Shown: piece after piece, positions 19,130-29,130 of the stretch | How the letters are laid out: every line of letters starts with the position of its first letter | Numbering within the stretch: the first letter of the stretch is position 1 | Assembly (NCBI GenBank): GCA_018971045.1 | Contig: JAGWVF010000005.1 | Span: 10,764-74,763 of the forward strand | Length of the DNA: 64,000 nucleotides | Origin: Patescibacteria group bacterium | Lineage (GTDB): Bacteria; Patescibacteriota; Minisyncoccia; Phycocordibacterales; Phycocordibacteraceae | Reading direction: 5' to 3' | Translations under genes and position numbers: made by a program | The notes under the pieces: generated by a model | Seen by the model: only the letters and a program-made list of their open reading frames with translations | Told to the model about the DNA's origin: nothing | The model's database searches: none

Positions 19130-20098
19130 ATGAAGCGACTCACCCTTTCATTCTCAACCGCAACGATTACTGCAATTACCGTCATAAGTGCAGTACCACT
19201 CACTGCACTCGCCGCGTCGACGAGCTGGCCAACTGTTATAAGTAACGGTCTTGTCGCGCCGGTCTTGGGTACACAAATGACATGTTCCAACCCCGCCCCT
19301 GGTACAGGGTGGTGCGATCCAGATTCTGTGAGCTTGAAGATTAAAGAAATGTGGGTGCCCTCTACGTATTTGAGCAATAATATATCCGTATCAGTAAGCC
19401 GTTACGCGACCATAATTAACACGACAAACGGACAATCAGGCGACGCTCCCGCGATAAAAGTGGGCGACTCTATCACCTTTTCTCCTCAACAAAGCGGCAC
19501 GGATATCGTTTGGAATGGGACAGGGGGCGCTATGGACACGCCGTATGGCGTATGGGGTTCTGGAGGATCGATACCGTGCGATGCTACAACTCAAGTGAGC
19601 TACAATACCGCCGGGGGCGGGAATTACACGGCTCAGTATTGGGGTTATGCGCAACCTTATATAATACCTGGAACTCCCGTCTTAGATACGTCCGGCTCTA
19701 CGGCAAGTCTCTCTTGCACGGGTCTCACGTGTTCCGTAACGAGCCCGGGCACGATACAAGCGAGGCTCACCTGGCCGGCGACAACCGGAGCGTTTAATGC
19801 CGCATATACGAAGACAGGACAACTTAATTACTCTGCCGATAACTTGCCAAATGCAAATTGCGGGCAAACAGGAGGAATGATTGATAATACCAATACTTCT
19901 TCGTGGCTGTTAGTCGGAACGTTTTATGGAAGTACAGATAACCCAATTCCTCCACCTCCTCACCCGTCACCCTATGTCATTAATGTTCCTTCCCAATCGG
20001 TTTCATTCACCGTCAATGTCGTCGGCGTGAGAATTCAGTTCAGTCTCGTCGATTTTTTGAAAAAGCTTTTTACGAGCGCCCCGTCATTTATAGGGTAG
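19130..20098 (+). CDS. secreted hypothetical protein
   Basis: N-terminal signal peptide. G/T/S-rich. Confidence 0.45.
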   Translation: MKRLTLSFSTATITAITVISAVPLTALAASTSWPTVISNGLVAPVLGTQMTCSNPAPGTGWCDPDSVSLKIKEMWVPSTYLSNNISVSVSRYATIINTTNGQSGDAPAIKVGDSITFSPQQSGTDIVWNGTGGAMDTPYGVWGSGGSIPCDATTQVSYNTAGGGNYTAQYWGYAQPYIIPGTPVLDTSGSTASLSCTGLTCSVTSPGTIQARLTWPATTGAFNAAYTKTGQLNYSADNLPNANCGQTGGMIDNTNTSSWLLVGTFYGSTDNPIPPPPHPSPYVINVPSQSVSFTVNVVGVRIQFSLVDFLKKLFTSAPSFIG

Positions 20099-20107
20099 AC
20101 TGTAGAG

Positions 20108-20527
20108 ATGCGTAAGAAGCACGGATGGTATGAAGCGCTCGTGATGCTTCCGGATCGGCTGTACCCCTTTCAGACCGAAGTGGGAGGAAGGCTCGTGCGC
20201 GGTGTCCGATCCTATAACGCGCGGCTCGCGCGCTATGAGCGCGAGCATGGTCCCGGCCGCTATGGATACGGGCTCGAGGCCTATCGCCAGCTCTTTCACT
20301 TAACCGGTTCGATTCTCTTCCTCGCCATCGCGGCGTATCTCTCGCAGACGTTCTTTAGCTCGACGGGAGCCATTTACGTATTTCTTGCCATCGCGGTTCT
20401 CTTTATTTCCTTTCAAGAATTCTATCTTCATCGCCGCATGTACCAACAGCTCTGGAAGAAGGGAATCATCGACTGGCTCGCCTGGTGCCTCCCATTCGGC
20501 ATCTATCTTTTCTCTCACTTCCGCTAG
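20108..20527 (+). CDS. hypothetical membrane protein
   Basis: 139 aa, with three predicted TM helices in the C-terminal half. Confidence 0.4.
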   Translation: MRKKHGWYEALVMLPDRLYPFQTEVGGRLVRGVRSYNARLARYEREHGPGRYGYGLEAYRQLFHLTGSILFLAIAAYLSQTFFSSTGAIYVFLAIAVLFISFQEFYLHRRMYQQLWKKGIIDWLAWCLPFGIYLFSHFR

Positions 20528-20552
20528 AAACGTTCCGTGGTATCATTAATTT

Positions 20553-21113
20553 ATGACTACCACAACCATCGTGCTCATCGTCCTAGCCATCGCCGTGCTC
20601 TGGGTTATCTTCGTTTACAACCGCCTCGTTACCCAGGTCAACCAGGCCAAGGAGGCGTGGTCTGACATCAATGTCCAGCTGAAGCGCCGCTACGATCTTA
20701 TCCCGAATCTCGTCGAAACGGTCAAGGGATACGCCGCGCACGAATCGGCGGCCTTCGAGAACGTGACGAAGGCGCGCGCCGCGGCAATGGGCGCCGGCAG
20801 TGCCGCTCCCGCGGCGCAGGCCGCCGCCGAGAATCAGCTCTCCGGAGCCCTCAAGACGCTCTTCGCCGTCTCGGAGGCCTACCCGGATCTGAAGGCGAAT
20901 CAGAATTTCCTCCAGCTCCAGCAGGAGCTCGGCGACACCGAGGATAAGATTCAGGCCGCACGCCGCTTCTACAACACGACCGTGATGGCGCTCAATACGT
21001 CGGAACAGGTGTTTCCTGGGAGCCTCATCGCCTCGCTGTTCGGTTTCAAGCCGATGGATCTCTTCGAACTCTCCTCAGCCGCCGAGTCCGAGCCGGTCAA
21101 GGTTCAATTCTAG
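20553..21113 (+). CDS. lemA: LemA family protein
   Basis: N-terminal TM plus the WSDINVQLKRRYDLIPNLV block. Confidence 0.8.
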   Translation: MTTTTIVLIVLAIAVLWVIFVYNRLVTQVNQAKEAWSDINVQLKRRYDLIPNLVETVKGYAAHESAAFENVTKARAAAMGAGSAAPAAQAAAENQLSGALKTLFAVSEAYPDLKANQNFLQLQQELGDTEDKIQAARRFYNTTVMALNTSEQVFPGSLIASLFGFKPMDLFELSSAAESEPVKVQF

Positions 21114-21119
21114 CCGGAT

Positions 21120-21794
21120 ATGGAGTGGCCAAAGACCTTTCGGCCATCCGGTTCGTCCGGAGAACGGGAGGCGCGGGCGAATGAAGCCGAGCTCGCCAGA
21201 CGAAACGATCAGCTGGATCTCGAAAACGCTCTGCGCGACGAGCATATCAGGCTTCAAGACGAACGGCACAGTGCAGAAATAGCGGCATTCGGTTTCGACG
21301 CGCTTACGGGAGCGATGACGCTGAGGTCATTTGAAGAATCGCTTGCCGAGGAGCTCGGGCATATCCGCGGAGAGATCCCCGGCAAGCGCAGTGGGGAATC
21401 GTCGCACCAGAAGGTGGCGGTGCTCTTCATCGACCTCGACAATTTCAAACAAGCGAATGACAATTTCGGACATGCGGCCGGAGACGATGTCCTGAAGGCG
21501 GCGGCGAAGGTGTGTATGGGTTCGGTGCGCCACGAAACGGACAAAGTCGGCCGGAAGGGGGGAGATGAATTCGTCGTGATGCTCCCCGGAGCCGACCAAG
21601 AGATAGCGACGCAGGTAGCAGGCACGATTCTCGACGGTCTGCGCGCGGATCCGGTCTTAAGTCGCCATGATATTACGGCAAGTATCGGGGTAAGCACCTC
21701 GGCAGTCTCGGCCAATCTGCAGGAGCTTATGAACTCGGCTGATCAGGCGATGTATCGAGCGAAGAAAGCGGGGCGTAATCAAGTTTCCGTATGA
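21120..21794 (+). CDS. GGDEF-domain diguanylate cyclase-like protein
   Basis: RGGDEF active-site motif (KGGDEFVVML). DLDNFKQANDNFGHAAGD. Confidence 0.75.
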   Translation: MEWPKTFRPSGSSGEREARANEAELARRNDQLDLENALRDEHIRLQDERHSAEIAAFGFDALTGAMTLRSFEESLAEELGHIRGEIPGKRSGESSHQKVAVLFIDLDNFKQANDNFGHAAGDDVLKAAAKVCMGSVRHETDKVGRKGGDEFVVMLPGADQEIATQVAGTILDGLRADPVLSRHDITASIGVSTSAVSANLQELMNSADQAMYRAKKAGRNQVSV

Positions 21795-22693
21795 ATCTCT
21801 ACCAACAGCGTTCGGCGAATGTCGCGAAGACGTGGATGCTCATCGCGGGATTTCTCATCGTCGTCGCCGTCATAGGCTACGCTGTCTCGTGGTACTATCG
21901 TGACCCGCTCATCCTCTATGCCGCGATTATCGCGGCTATCGCGACGAACTTCTACGCGTACTGGGCGTCCGATACGCTGGTGCTCTCCCTGAATCGCGCG
22001 CGGCCAGCGACCCGGGAAGAATTTTTTGATTTTTATACCGTAGCCGAGAACCTCGCGATCACCGCCGGACTGCCGGTGCCGAGACTCTATGTGATCGACG
22101 ATCCGGCGCCGAACGCCTTCGCGACCGGACGCGACGAGCGCCACGCGGTCGTCTGCGCGACGACCGGACTCCTCTCGATGATGACGCGCCCCGAGCTCGA
22201 GGGCGTCATCGCTCACGAACTCTCGCATATTAAAAATCGAGACATTCTCTTGATGACGGTCGCGGTGGTGCTCGCCGGATTCGTCGCGATCGTAGCGGAT
22301 CTCTTTCTCCGCATGTCGTTTTGGGGCGGCGGCAAGCGCGACGATCGAGAGGGCGGAAACGCCATTCTCATGATTCTCGCTGTCGTCGCGATTATTCTCG
22401 CTCCGCTTGCGGCGAAGCTGATCGAGCTCGCCGTCTCGCGCCGGCGCGAGTATCTCGCGGACGCTTCCGGCGCGCTCCTTACGCGCTATCCCGAGGGGCT
22501 CGCGTCCGCGCTTCAAAAAATCGGCAATTATACCGAGCCGATGAGAAGCGCGAATCTCGCGACGGCGCACCTCTTTATCGGCGATCCGTACGGCGCAAGC
22601 AAGGATAAGAGCGGCAGTTTTATCGAAAAATTATTCTCCACCCACCCGCCCATTCCGGATCGCATCAAGGCGCTTCTGTCGCCGGCCGCGTAA
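21791..22693 (+). CDS. htpX: M48 zinc metalloprotease HtpX
   Basis: TM helices plus HELSHIKNRD (HEXXH). Confidence 0.85.
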   Translation: MNLYQQRSANVAKTWMLIAGFLIVVAVIGYAVSWYYRDPLILYAAIIAAIATNFYAYWASDTLVLSLNRARPATREEFFDFYTVAENLAITAGLPVPRLYVIDDPAPNAFATGRDERHAVVCATTGLLSMMTRPELEGVIAHELSHIKNRDILLMTVAVVLAGFVAIVADLFLRMSFWGGGKRDDREGGNAILMILAVVAIILAPLAAKLIELAVSRRREYLADASGALLTRYPEGLASALQKIGNYTEPMRSANLATAHLFIGDPYGASKDKSGSFIEKLFSTHPPIPDRIKALLSPAA

Positions 22694-22754
22694 GCGATGA
22701 AGCGTCCCGCGTCTCACTTGAGAAAAGGGCGATCATAGCGCAGTATATACCCAC

Positions 22755-22842
22755 GGAGGGTTCGCATAGCGGTCTAGTGCGCACGCTTGGAAAGCGTGTG
22801 TAGGGAAACCTACCGTGGGTTCGAATCCCACACCCTCCGCCA
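22755..22842 (+). tRNA. tRNA-Ser (anticodon GGA)
   Basis: Long variable arm, anticodon loop TTGGAAA, CCA encoded. Confidence 0.85.
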
Positions 22843-22888
22843 GATGTCCAAGTTTGAAAAGACAGCCGCCGCTTGCGGCATAGCCTAC

Positions 22889-23929
22889 TTACTCCTCGTT
22901 ATTGACGAAGGTATAAGTCGCGCGCGAGAGATCGGCGATAAATCTGCTCAGCGAGAGCTCGTCCTTCCCCTCAGTCATGATGCACAGGAGGTACGGCCGC
23001 GAAGGGTGGTAGATGATGCCGCAGTCCGAGAGCTCGATGCCGCTCGCCGTGCCGCTTGACCCGATGACGTGTTCTCCGTACTTGTGAGCGACGCGGACCG
23101 AACTCGGCACTCCCGAGACGAGCCCGTCGGTGAAAGACGCATCCGCGAGAAATTGGAGAATCTGATTGCTGTTCTCCCATGAAATGTTGTATGTTCCGTA
23201 ATACAGCGCGCGAAGGAAGTGCGAATACTCTCTCGGCGAGATCGTGTAGCCGGCCGAGTCGGTATCGTCCGGCTTTGGGATAGAAAGGCCGGTGTAAACT
23301 TCATCAAGAATCGATTGATCGATTGAAGAGAGAAGAAGATCCTTCGCCGAATTATCCGAGCTTGAGAGCATGAGCTTCAGCAAATGGGGGATGGTATAGC
23401 TTTGCCCTACCGAAAGCGCGATCGGCGGCGCGAACGGAAACGCCGCGTTGATATTCGCGAGATCTTGAGTATAGGTAAGCTTTTGCGAGAAATAATCGGG
23501 GTTGACGGCGGCCTGTTTGTAGGCCGCGAGCGCGATGACGATCTTAAGCATGCTCGCCGGATCGTATTGCTCGTTTTCATTCACCCCGATCCACGACGCA
23601 TCAGTAAGGTCGCGATAATAATATGAATACTCGACGGGTGTTCCGCCCGGCTCTTCTTTGGCAATGTTCTCGATTTGGCTCTTGAGCGGAGCGAGCTTGT
23701 CCGCGTTATACGAAGCGGGGGTCTGGATTCCGATCAGCGGCCGTATAAGAGGATACGCGCTTTTAGTCTCAAGTATGAGAGAAAAGGGAACCTCGGGAAC
23801 TAAGAGCCATTTCGCTACGCCAATACCGAGGAGGATGCCTGTGGCAGTGAGGCCGATCCCAAGCGCGAAGAGCCGCCGCGGATGCCGCGCCGCCGATAGA
23901 AACCATCCTCGGAAATGAGCGTGGAACAT
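22889..23929 (-). CDS. serine hydrolase, class A beta-lactamase/PBP-like
   Basis: N-terminal TM, SMLK (SxxK), SDN and KYG motifs. Start trimmed to MFHAHF. Confidence 0.6.
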   Translation of the reverse strand: MFHAHFRGWFLSAARHPRRLFALGIGLTATGILLGIGVAKWLLVPEVPFSLILETKSAYPLIRPLIGIQTPASYNADKLAPLKSQIENIAKEEPGGTPVEYSYYYRDLTDASWIGVNENEQYDPASMLKIVIALAAYKQAAVNPDYFSQKLTYTQDLANINAAFPFAPPIALSVGQSYTIPHLLKLMLSSSDNSAKDLLLSSIDQSILDEVYTGLSIPKPDDTDSAGYTISPREYSHFLRALYYGTYNISWENSNQILQFLADASFTDGLVSGVPSSVRVAHKYGEHVIGSSGTASGIELSDCGIIYHPSRPYLLCIMTEGKDELSLSRFIADLSRATYTFVNNEE

Positions 23930-24062
23930 ACTGCCTACAATACGATAGGGTCTTGTTTCCCGCCAGTCGTTCTGAGGCGTTCCGCTATTTGCATTGCTAC
24001 TCCCGCGAGACCGGAATAGGAAAACGCCGGACTTCACTCCGGCGTTTGTATGTCTGGCGGCG

Positions 24063-24380
24063 CTACGGCTCGGCCGTATTGTCTGTTTCGATTATGATCC
24101 GTTGCAATTCTTGTTTTGAGGGCGGTTCGACGAACTTCCGCCCGTTTATCCAGATCGTTCGTTGGCACGAAGGCGGCGGCCTGCTCGAGAGAAGCCGCGA
24201 AAGCAATTGCATGTTCGCGACAAGCATGTGGCCGTTGCAGAACCCCGGCGCGTAACGGGTGACGGTCCCGTTCTTATTCCGTTTTTCGTGCTTGTCCCGC
24301 TCCTCAGGCCATTTCTTCTGAAACTCGATTATCGTAACGCTCTCCGTAAGCGATTTTCGGCGGATATGCTCGTTAGTCAT
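24063..24380 (-). CDS. hypothetical protein
   Basis: ORF trimmed to MTNEHI. Divergent from the 24459 gene. No recognisable domain. Confidence 0.3.
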   Translation of the reverse strand: MTNEHIRRKSLTESVTIIEFQKKWPEERDKHEKRNKNGTVTRYAPGFCNGHMLVANMQLLSRLLSSRPPPSCQRTIWINGRKFVEPPSKQELQRIIIETDNTAEP

Positions 24381-24458
24381 GCGCGCTCCTGTCCGTTGAT
24401 TTCCACGCCCGCAAACCATTTTGCGGCTGAGGGCACTATACCACGGTATACTCTCTCC

Positions 24459-24932
24459 ATGCATCTTTCTCGGCAAGGGAAGCTGATACGCACCGATATT
24501 TGGCGGGAAGGGAAGTGGCTTGACCTCTGGAGCGTCGTCCATCTCCTTTCAGGCGCCTCGATCGGCTTCGCGTTCTATTTCTTGTCTCTTAACTCGGCCG
24601 TCGTAGTGACGGCCGTATTTCTCGGGCTTATCGGGTATGAAATATGGGAAAAGGCCGTACAGATCGAGGAGGTGCCGACGAATCGGATACTGGACGTGAT
24701 AGTCGGCGTACTGAGCTTTTTGCCCGTCTACTACGTCATTGCGCCGAGGCTTTCCTCGACGGCATTGATCTTGGTATTCGGATTCGTGCTCACCGCAGAC
24801 ACGGTCATGAGCGTTTTCGGCTGGATCGCTTCGCGCAAGGCAGTGGTGCTCGAGACGCGGCTTCGGGAGCGCGCGATACGCCGCCGCGCGCGCCGTCTCA
24901 AGCGAGAATCGCTCCTCCGGTCTTCGATCTAA
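24459..24932 (+). CDS. hypothetical membrane protein
   Basis: Start MHLSRQ is preceded by TATACT. Five hydrophobic helices. Confidence 0.4.
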   Translation: MHLSRQGKLIRTDIWREGKWLDLWSVVHLLSGASIGFAFYFLSLNSAVVVTAVFLGLIGYEIWEKAVQIEEVPTNRILDVIVGVLSFLPVYYVIAPRLSSTALILVFGFVLTADTVMSVFGWIASRKAVVLETRLRERAIRRRARRLKRESLLRSSI

Positions 24933-24936
24933 TGCC

Positions 24937-25410
24937 ATGGAACCATCGCCGCGCTCTCATTTCTACGCGATTGCCGCGCTTCTCGTGTTCGCGGGACTTT
25001 CTTTCTATAAGACATCATCTTTCATTTCAGGACCAATGGCGATTGCCGAGTTTGGCGGTGTGTCCTTGAATATCGAATACGCGACTACAAGCGCGGCACT
25101 CGAGCTCGGGCTCGGCGGCCGCACTCGCATCCCTGATGATTACGGGATGCTGTTCGTATTTCCGCGAGACGACAAGTATGGCTTCTGGATGAAGGACATG
25201 CTCGTACCGATCGATATATTCTGGATCAACGCTCAAGGACACGTTGTCTTTATTGCTCAAAATGTCGCGACATCGACCTACCCAAGTATTTTTTATCCGA
25301 CAATACCAGCCCGTTATGTCCTTGAAACAACCGCCGGATTCGCCCGAGTTCACGGTATTGCGACAGGAACTCCGCTTCAGTTGAAATATTTTCCAAGCGT
25401 TACGGAATGA
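24937..25410 (+). CDS. DUF192 domain protein
   Basis: N-terminal TM, GMLFVF…WMKDMLVPIDIFWI pattern. Confidence 0.65.
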   Translation: MEPSPRSHFYAIAALLVFAGLSFYKTSSFISGPMAIAEFGGVSLNIEYATTSAALELGLGGRTRIPDDYGMLFVFPRDDKYGFWMKDMLVPIDIFWINAQGHVVFIAQNVATSTYPSIFYPTIPARYVLETTAGFARVHGIATGTPLQLKYFPSVTE

Positions 25411-25505
25411 CGCTGTCCACAATAGCGTTTCGCACATCGAGGAGTACACTTTAACTCAACTACATCGTTGCACCGGATTATTCATTATCTTTCCGCCATA
25501 AAAAT

Positions 25506-27893
25506 ATGTCTAAAACCGCCAAATCCCCTCTTCATTCCAAGACCCTCGCCGTGCGCACGCCGAAAGCGGCAGAAAAAACGATTTCAAAAGAAACGCTGCG
25601 CTATCGAGAACTCATTCCGCAGGTGGAGAAGCGCGATGGACGATTGGTGGCCTTTGACTTCGACAAGATCGCGACGGCGGTGTGGAAAGCGATGAACGAG
25701 GCAGGTGAAGGGGGACAGGAAGACGCGGTCTTGATAGCGCATCAGGTAGCCGGCGAGCTCGCGCGTTTCGCCAAGAAATACAAGAGCTTCCTGCCCACCG
25801 TCGAGGGCATGCAGGACTCAGTCGAGAAATACCTTATATTGAATGATTATGTGAAGACGGCGAAAGCCTACATCCTCTATCGCGACAAGCGCGCCCAGCT
25901 GCGCGCCGCGCACGTAGATATTCCAGAGCGCGTCAAGAAGCTCGCTGAAGAGAGCAAGAAATATTTCAAAGATAATATTCTCGGCGAGTTTGTCTATCTC
26001 CGCACCTATGCGAAATGGATTCCTGAAGAAGGACGCCGGGAAACATGGGTTGAGACGGTCGATCGTTATATGAGTTTTATGCGCGAGAACTTGGGTGATA
26101 AGCTTACGCAAAAAGAATACGCCGAAGTTCAGACGGGCATCTTAAAGCAGGAAGTGATGCCGTCGATGCGGCTCATGCAGTTTTCCGGCGAGGCCGCGCG
26201 GCGCTGTAATACGTGCGCGTATAATTGCACTTTCATCGCGCCGTCGTCGCTTAAGGATTTTTCCGAAATTATGTATCTCTCGATGCAGGGCTGTGGCGTC
26301 GGTTTCGCCGTAGAAAGCCAGAATGTCGAACAGCTCCCGCAGATCAAGAAGCAGACGGGAGTAAAGCTGCCAACGCACGTCATCGGCGATTCAAAAGAAG
26401 GGTGGTGCGACGCGCTCACGCTCGGTATCGAGACGTGGTACGCCGGCAAGGATATCACGTTTGATGCCTCCCAAGTCCGGCCAGCCGGAGCGCGGCTCAA
26501 GACCATGGGCGGGAAGGCGAGCGGTCCCGAGCCGCTTCTCTCGCTCATCGCTTTTGCCCGCGATCGGATTATGGCGCGCCAGGGGCGCCGCCTGCGCGCG
26601 ATCGATGTCCACGACATCATCTGCAAGATCGGCGAGTGCGTGGTTGCGGGCGGCGTGCGCCGTACGGCGATGATCTCGCTCTCGGACCTTGACGATACTG
26701 ACATGCGCGACGCGAAGAAAGGCCAGTTCTATATGACCGATCCGCATCGTTCGGTCGCAAACAATTCCGCCGTCTACGAGGCACCGCCGACGAATGCCGA
26801 GCTGATGGACGAGTGGGTCGCGCTCATGAAGAGCGGGAGCGGCGAGCGGGGCATCTTCAATCGCGGATCGCTCGGCGTTACCTTTCCGAAGCGCCGCACC
26901 GATTATTTTAAGAAGATCGGTTTCATCGGCGAGGATGGAGTCGTCCGCGGATCGATCGGCACGAATCCGTGCGCCGAAATCATTCTTCAATCAAAGCAGT
27001 TTTGCAATCTCTCCGAAGTGATCGCCCGCGCGGCTGACACCGAAGCGTCGCTCGTGCGCAAGACGCGCCTCGCCGCCATCCTCGGCACCTATCAATCGAC
27101 GCTGACGAAGTTCAATTACATCTCGCAGGATTGGACCGATCACTGCCGCGCCGAACGCCTTCTCGGCGTTTCAGTAACGGGGCAGTGGGACTCGCCGGTT
27201 GCGCGAGAGCCCGAGGTGATGCGCAAGCTCCGCGATACCGCTGTGAAGACGAATGCCGCCTATGCGAAGCGTTTCGGAGTGGAGCCGTCGATGGCGGTTA
27301 CCGCCGTAAAACCTTCAGGCACGGTCTCGCAGACTTTTAATTGCGCCTCGGGCATTCATCCGCGCCACGCGCCTTATTACATCCGTCGCGTGCGCATCAG
27401 CGCGACCGACTCGCTCTTTAAGATGATGCGCGATCAGGGAGTGCAGTATTATCCGGAAGTGGGGCAGTCGATGGATCAGGCAAATACCTACGTCTTTGAA
27501 TTTCCGATTAAGGCGCCCGACCACTCGAAGGGGGCGCGTTTCAAGGATAATCTCTCCGCGCTTGAACAACTCGATTACTGGAAGCGGGTGAAGCTCAACT
27601 TCACCGAGCACAATCCTTCGGCGACTATCTCTGTCGGCTCGAGCGAGTGGATCGGCGTTGTCGACTGGATCCAGAAGAACTGGGATATTATCGGAGGTCT
27701 TTCGTTCCTCCCGCGTTCTGAACACGTGTACCGCCTTGCGCCGTACGAAGCGATTACCAAAGAGGAGTATGAAGAGCGTCTCGCCCGATTCCCCGAAGTG
27801 GATTATTCAAAGCTGATCGCGTACGAACGCCAGGACGAAACCGAAATGAAAAAAGAGCTTGCCTGCGCCGGAGGAACCTGCGAGATCGTTTAA
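25506..27893 (+). CDS. nrdJ: class II (adenosylcobalamin-dependent) ribonucleotide reductase NrdJ with N-terminal ATP-cone
   Basis: ATP-cone (VEKRDGRLVAFDFDKI), active-site TNPCAEI, C-terminal Cys pair CAGGTCEIV. Confidence 0.85.
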   Translation: MSKTAKSPLHSKTLAVRTPKAAEKTISKETLRYRELIPQVEKRDGRLVAFDFDKIATAVWKAMNEAGEGGQEDAVLIAHQVAGELARFAKKYKSFLPTVEGMQDSVEKYLILNDYVKTAKAYILYRDKRAQLRAAHVDIPERVKKLAEESKKYFKDNILGEFVYLRTYAKWIPEEGRRETWVETVDRYMSFMRENLGDKLTQKEYAEVQTGILKQEVMPSMRLMQFSGEAARRCNTCAYNCTFIAPSSLKDFSEIMYLSMQGCGVGFAVESQNVEQLPQIKKQTGVKLPTHVIGDSKEGWCDALTLGIETWYAGKDITFDASQVRPAGARLKTMGGKASGPEPLLSLIAFARDRIMARQGRRLRAIDVHDIICKIGECVVAGGVRRTAMISLSDLDDTDMRDAKKGQFYMTDPHRSVANNSAVYEAPPTNAELMDEWVALMKSGSGERGIFNRGSLGVTFPKRRTDYFKKIGFIGEDGVVRGSIGTNPCAEIILQSKQFCNLSEVIARAADTEASLVRKTRLAAILGTYQSTLTKFNYISQDWTDHCRAERLLGVSVTGQWDSPVAREPEVMRKLRDTAVKTNAAYAKRFGVEPSMAVTAVKPSGTVSQTFNCASGIHPRHAPYYIRRVRISATDSLFKMMRDQGVQYYPEVGQSMDQANTYVFEFPIKAPDHSKGARFKDNLSALEQLDYWKRVKLNFTEHNPSATISVGSSEWIGVVDWIQKNWDIIGGLSFLPRSEHVYRLAPYEAITKEEYEERLARFPEVDYSKLIAYERQDETEMKKELACAGGTCEIV

Positions 27894-27903
27894 GGGGCAG
27901 AGG

Positions 27904-27931
27904 AAAAGCCCGCGCGGGAGCGCGGGCTTTT
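27904..27931 (+). terminator. rho-independent terminator of nrdJ (possibly bidirectional, also 3' of rnpB)
   Basis: aaaagcccgcgc-ggga-gcgcgggctttt, a perfect 12-bp stem. Confidence 0.6.
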
Positions 27932-27939
27932 CCATCTCT

Positions 27940-28272
27940 CTGACCGGATCGGTAAGCCGAGTTCTGTCGCGGGCGATCATGTATCTTGGCCCTTCGTTGC
28001 CTCGGGGCTCGAGCGGCACTTCCCTCGATTGCTCTCGGGACACGGCCTTGCATACGGGTAAGGGTTTGTTCGTTGCAAACCTGCCTCGCGGCAGGTTTAT
28101 TCCACAAGGGAATTCCTTCACTTTCGATCGGGACGTTTCTGTAGTCACCTCTATCCTCGCGGACGACGGGCGTTACCCGCTACCTTTTTCCCGGGTCAAG
28201 CCCGGGAATATGCTCGGACTTTCCTCTCCAGCCGCGAAAGAGCGGTTGGAGCGATCGCCTGATCCGGTCCAT
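27940..28272 (-). ncRNA. rnpB: RNase P RNA (bacterial type A)
   Basis: - Minus strand contains the P4 motif GGAGAGGAAAGUCCGAGC.
- It also contains the 3' motif GACAGAACUCGGCUUACC.
- P1 pairing: GACCGGAUC with GAUCCGGUC. Confidence 0.75.
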
Positions 28273-28297
28273 GCAGAGCATATCATAATTCGGAATG

Positions 28298-28966
28298 TTA
28301 AAGAATATCCGTCTCGGCACGATATAGCCGAGCCTCTCGGAACCTCTTCTGCAGAGGAGCTATGCCCTCCACGGGCGGTATTTCCGCATCTAAGATGCCG
28401 TTTATCGGCGTCGCCCCGCCGTAATAGGCGCCGAGGCTTGAATACGGATATGCCGCCAGGTGTTCCTCAACGAACTGATGGTCAACGACATGGCCCGTTC
28501 TCCATCCGGGTTCGTATAAATCGGCCGGTATGCAGTGAATATAGCTGATGAGGTGCGGGTATTGTTTGAGAGATACATGGAAGGACTGAAATGGCTTAAG
28601 AAATAGATTTCCATGGCGTTCATACCGCGCATTAAAATAGAGCGTATACGCCGTTCCAACCTTCCGCATGAAGGTAGTGATACCTCCATCCGAGACTTCT
28701 CTCAGCGCTAAATGGAAATGGTTCGGCATGAGGCAAAAGGCGGCAATAGACACGATCCTTTTACCGCGAGGCATGCGCAATACCTCTTCGAATTTCCGAG
28801 TCCCGATATCGTTCCGCCGAAGAGGAAATTCGTCATTCGCCAGATACAGGATTTCTAGAAAACGCTGGTAATCCCGAACATCTTCAAATGCAATTCTCTT
28901 ATCAATGCTGTAATTATAGCAATGGTACCATTCACCGACCGTAAATGGAGCATCTCTCCTCATCAT
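28298..28966 (-). CDS. Y1 HUH transposase, IS200/IS605-TnpA / RayT-like
   Basis: HUH motif LMPNHFHLAL and tyrosine motif YIHCIP. The N-terminal YHCYNYSIDKRIAFEDVRDYQRFLEIL block is typical of this family. Confidence 0.7.
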   Translation of the reverse strand: MMRRDAPFTVGEWYHCYNYSIDKRIAFEDVRDYQRFLEILYLANDEFPLRRNDIGTRKFEEVLRMPRGKRIVSIAAFCLMPNHFHLALREVSDGGITTFMRKVGTAYTLYFNARYERHGNLFLKPFQSFHVSLKQYPHLISYIHCIPADLYEPGWRTGHVVDHQFVEEHLAAYPYSSLGAYYGGATPINGILDAEIPPVEGIAPLQKRFREARLYRAETDIL

Positions 28967-28991
28967 TATTTATAATTTTAAAGGTGTCACC

Positions 28992-29048
28992 TCTTGGAGT
29001 CAAGAATATATAGAGAAATATTAGGTGACACCTAGCGGAATTATGTGG
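28992..29048. repeat. inverted pair of 11-bp palindromes (AGGTGTCACCT / AGGTGACACCT) in an AT-rich region upstream of the Y1 transposase
   Basis: aaAGGTGTCACCTcttgg…attAGGTGACACCTagcgg. Confidence 0.4.
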
Positions 29049-29130
29049 ATAAACGCTTATTGACAATCGATGCACGCTATACTGACGACATTGTCAGCAA
29101 GGAATTTATATCAATCCATAACCCATAACT

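Noticed and set aside
25411-25505. Possible cobalamin riboswitch or NrdR box upstream of class II RNR
   Set aside because: Only 95 nt of leader. I could not find the B12-box or a palindromic NrdR-type box.
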